Assembly (NCBI GenBank): GCA_002269645.1
Contig: NIVC01002918.1
Location: 1 to 64,000, forward strand
Source: Macrostomum lignano
Lineage: Eukaryota
Reading direction: 5' to 3'
Length of the DNA stretch: 64,000 nt
Part shown: positions 61,417 to 64,000 of the stretch, one piece after another
Position numbering within the stretch: the stretch's first letter is position 1
Layout: each line of letters starts with the position of its first letter
The notes under the pieces: model-generated
Database searches by the model: none
What the model was told of the DNA's origin: nothing
What the model saw: the letters and a program-made list of their open reading frames with translations, nothing else
Program-made: the position numbers and the translations under genes

Positions 61417-64000
61417 TGTTGGACTCTGACTGACTGATCATTTATGGACTGTGGGCTCTGGGGTCAGTGTTTGGGGTGGGTTTTGTCTGGTGAGGGTTTG
61501 CGTACTCTGTGTACATCGTTGCTCTTTCTCCATTTTCACCTGCTTACCGTTGATCTTCACAAAACAGAAGTCAGCTGGCTTAGTTGATGCTCTGATGTTC
61601 TGAGCTGCCGATGTTGGTGTCGTGAAGTCGTTGACTAGTTGCAGCTGCTGAACAAACTCAGTGATCTGATCTACAGTCAGCTCTTGCGTCATCTCACGCT
61701 CCAGAACCTTGTTTCTCGTGTCGTGGCTTGCGTGAGGCCAATGTTAAAATTAACGAGTCAAAGTGCGTTATGGAGGCTAGCATCCTGAAGTTTCTGGGGC
61801 ACGTCATCGATTCTGAAGGCATCAAACCAGACCCAGGAATGGTTGAGAGAGTGCTACAGGTAGCGAGCCCCAAGAGTAAAAAGGACCTAGAGAAGTTTCT
61901 AGGACTCGCACAGTTCTACGGCCGACTGATTCCCAACTTCTCCGAGCGCTGCCGAGTATTGCATGAGCTGAGGAGGAGCGACAGTGCATTCGATTGGAGC
62001 CCGGCAGCCGAGGCTGCCTTTGCCGAAGTAAAAGCATGTCTTGCCTCCGAGCCGTGTGTCAAGCCATACGACATCAATGCGCCAGTCTGCCTTCGTGTTG
62101 ATGCTAGTGAAAAATCTGTAGGCGCTGTTCTGACTCAAGCAGGTCACCCGGTGATGTACCTATCGAGGATGCTCACCTCCGCGGAGTCCAACTACTCTAA
62201 CATTGAAAGGGAGCGCTAGCCGTAGTTTGGGCAGTTGAGCGAGCGAAGAAAATGTTGATCGGGAAAAAAATTATCTTGCAAACGGACCATGAGCCTCTGA
62301 GATTTATTTTCAACCCGAGCAAAAGCCTGTCAAAAACAGCATCAGCTAGGCTGACTAGATGGGCCTTGAGACTGTGTGCATTCGATTACTCTGTGAAATA
62401 CATTCCAGGAAAGCAGCTACTGGACGCTGATGCCTTGTCAAGGCTCAACTACACTGCAGAAGTCGACGAGGACACGGTGCATCAAGCGGATTCAGTGCTG
62501 AGCGCAGATGACTGCGGCGCGTCTGGGCTGGTGACTCGGCAGGAGCTCCGGGAAGCTACCCTGAACTGCTCGGTGCTGAAGAGACTGCAACAGAGAATCC
62601 GAACCGGGCGTTGGGGTCAGGTTTCCCAGGTTGAGCGACCCTTTAAAGCCTGTAGAACTTCCCTGTCGACTGATAACGGCTTGGTGATCCATGGAACTCG
62701 AGTGGTACCTCCAGCAGTGCTTCGTCGGCGGATTCTGGAAGCGGCTCATGATGAAGTGCATCCTAGCTTTGAAAACACTAAGGCCCACATCTGCAAGGAA
62801 TTCTGGTGGCCTGGATTGGATCGAGATGTGCGACAGTATGTGGAGAGATGCCGGACATGCGCTGAGTCCCGCCCACTGTCTAATCGCAAAATCGACATTT
62901 GGCCACCGGAGACAACTCCATGGAACCTCGTCCACATGGACCACTGCGAAGTCTCGGGAGTCGGCCTGCTGCTGCTACTGTCGGACGCTTACTCAGGCTG
63001 GCCTGAAGCCATTCCTGTTCCGGACAAGTCGACGGACACTGTCGAGAGTCCTGAGAGCTGTCTTTGCTCGCAACGGTGTGCCGCAAACCTTGGTATCCGA
63101 CAACGCACCAGAGTTTAAATCGACCCGACTGTCTCAGTGGCTGAACTCAATCGGCTGCAGGGAGGTCCACACTCCGCCATACCACCCGGCATCAAACGGA
63201 CAGGCTGAACGGCTCGTAAGGAGCCTGTAGGACGGCCTGAGAACCTGGAACCGAGTTGTCCCATTTCAACAATTCCTGCAGAAGCTGCTCCTGACCGTGA
63301 GGACTGGCCGGCCGAGTGGATCTAGACCAGCGTCACCGGACATCATGATGCGGGGGAGGAGGCTGCGTCATCCTCTATCAATGCCTGAACAAGTCGGAGA
63401 TGCTATCTAGCTTCGGATGCGCCCAGAGACCGGACCCGTCAAGGCTAAGTTCGTGGTTCAGCATGGCCAAAATACTGCTCTGGTGACGCCAACTGATTTG
63501 CCGTCTGGAGGACTGCGTCTGGCCCACCGCAACCAATGGAGCGACTGTTGGTTCTTGAGGCACAGACACTATAACACCAATTTTGATGTAGCCTATAGCT
63601 AACTCGGTAATTTCTTAAGTGCTCCAGTTGAGCAGCTCTTACTATCACTTTTATTTATTGTGGCCTTAGAACGAGGCACCGCTCATTCAAGTTGTACTGT
63701 AATGCTAGTGGCGGTCATGCCATAGATAAAAGCCTATATCAAATTAAGACATCTAACAGCGACCGTCCAGAGCGACCGTCCAGAGCCTGAGCATCTGCAG
63801 CCCCCAGCTGGTACGCCCAAGATGGTCGTTCCGGAACCAGCTGACAAGCCGACGGTTCAGAATGACAGCGCGAATACTGGTGGGCCTTCCTATGAGCTCC
63901 AACCAAGACGTCCGGTCTGCTACAAGTGCTAATTTGATGGGGGGGGTAGTGTTGGACTCTGACTGACTGATCATTTATGAACTTTGGGCTCTGGGGTCAG
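61417..64000 (+). mobile_element. Defective Gypsy/Ty3 LTR retrotransposon (RT end, RNase H, integrase; 3' LTR starts at 63950 after the PPT)
   Basis: LTR start TGTTGGACTCTGACTG at 61417 and 63950; KFLGHVI, VDASEKSVGAVL, YSNIERE, TDHEPL, H-H-C-C, HMD..SDNAPEF..NGQAER; frameshifts near 62215 and 63050, TAG at 63228. Confidence 0.93.

Overview
This is eukaryotic (metazoan-like, GT-AG introns) DNA that is almost entirely repeats and transposons. I found no rRNA, intact tRNA or CRISPR array. Main contents: (i) 5.3-9.8 kb, a compact cluster of a cryptic spliced polyQ-CCHC-RS gene, an intact 3-exon two-OB-fold RPA70-like gene and an intact Merlin/ISXO2 transposase. (ii) 11-25 kb and 44-45 kb, decaying copies of a double-C2H2 zinc-finger family, KDM2/7-like JmjC domains and SETD8-like SET domains; one JmjC is in frame with a mariner DNA-binding domain. 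(iii) 24.8-33.9 kb, a 21/66-bp compound minisatellite triplicated as a ~2.6-kb higher-order unit. (iv) A (GGAGA)n tract at 37 kb. (v) 39.9-40.9 kb, a 945-bp element of two INVERTED LTRs, each followed by a tRNA primer-binding site, with TG..CA ends and a 4-bp TSD. (vi) 46.8-55.1 kb, a CACTA/EnSpm-like element (transposase plus BEN-like gene) hit by a Penelope fragment and by RNase-H non-LTR elements at (CAG)n tracts. (vii) A perfect palindrome carrying hammerhead-like cores, an alpha-pore-forming-toxin-like ORF and a defective Gypsy element. All family assignments come from motif recognition by eye; no database searches were run.
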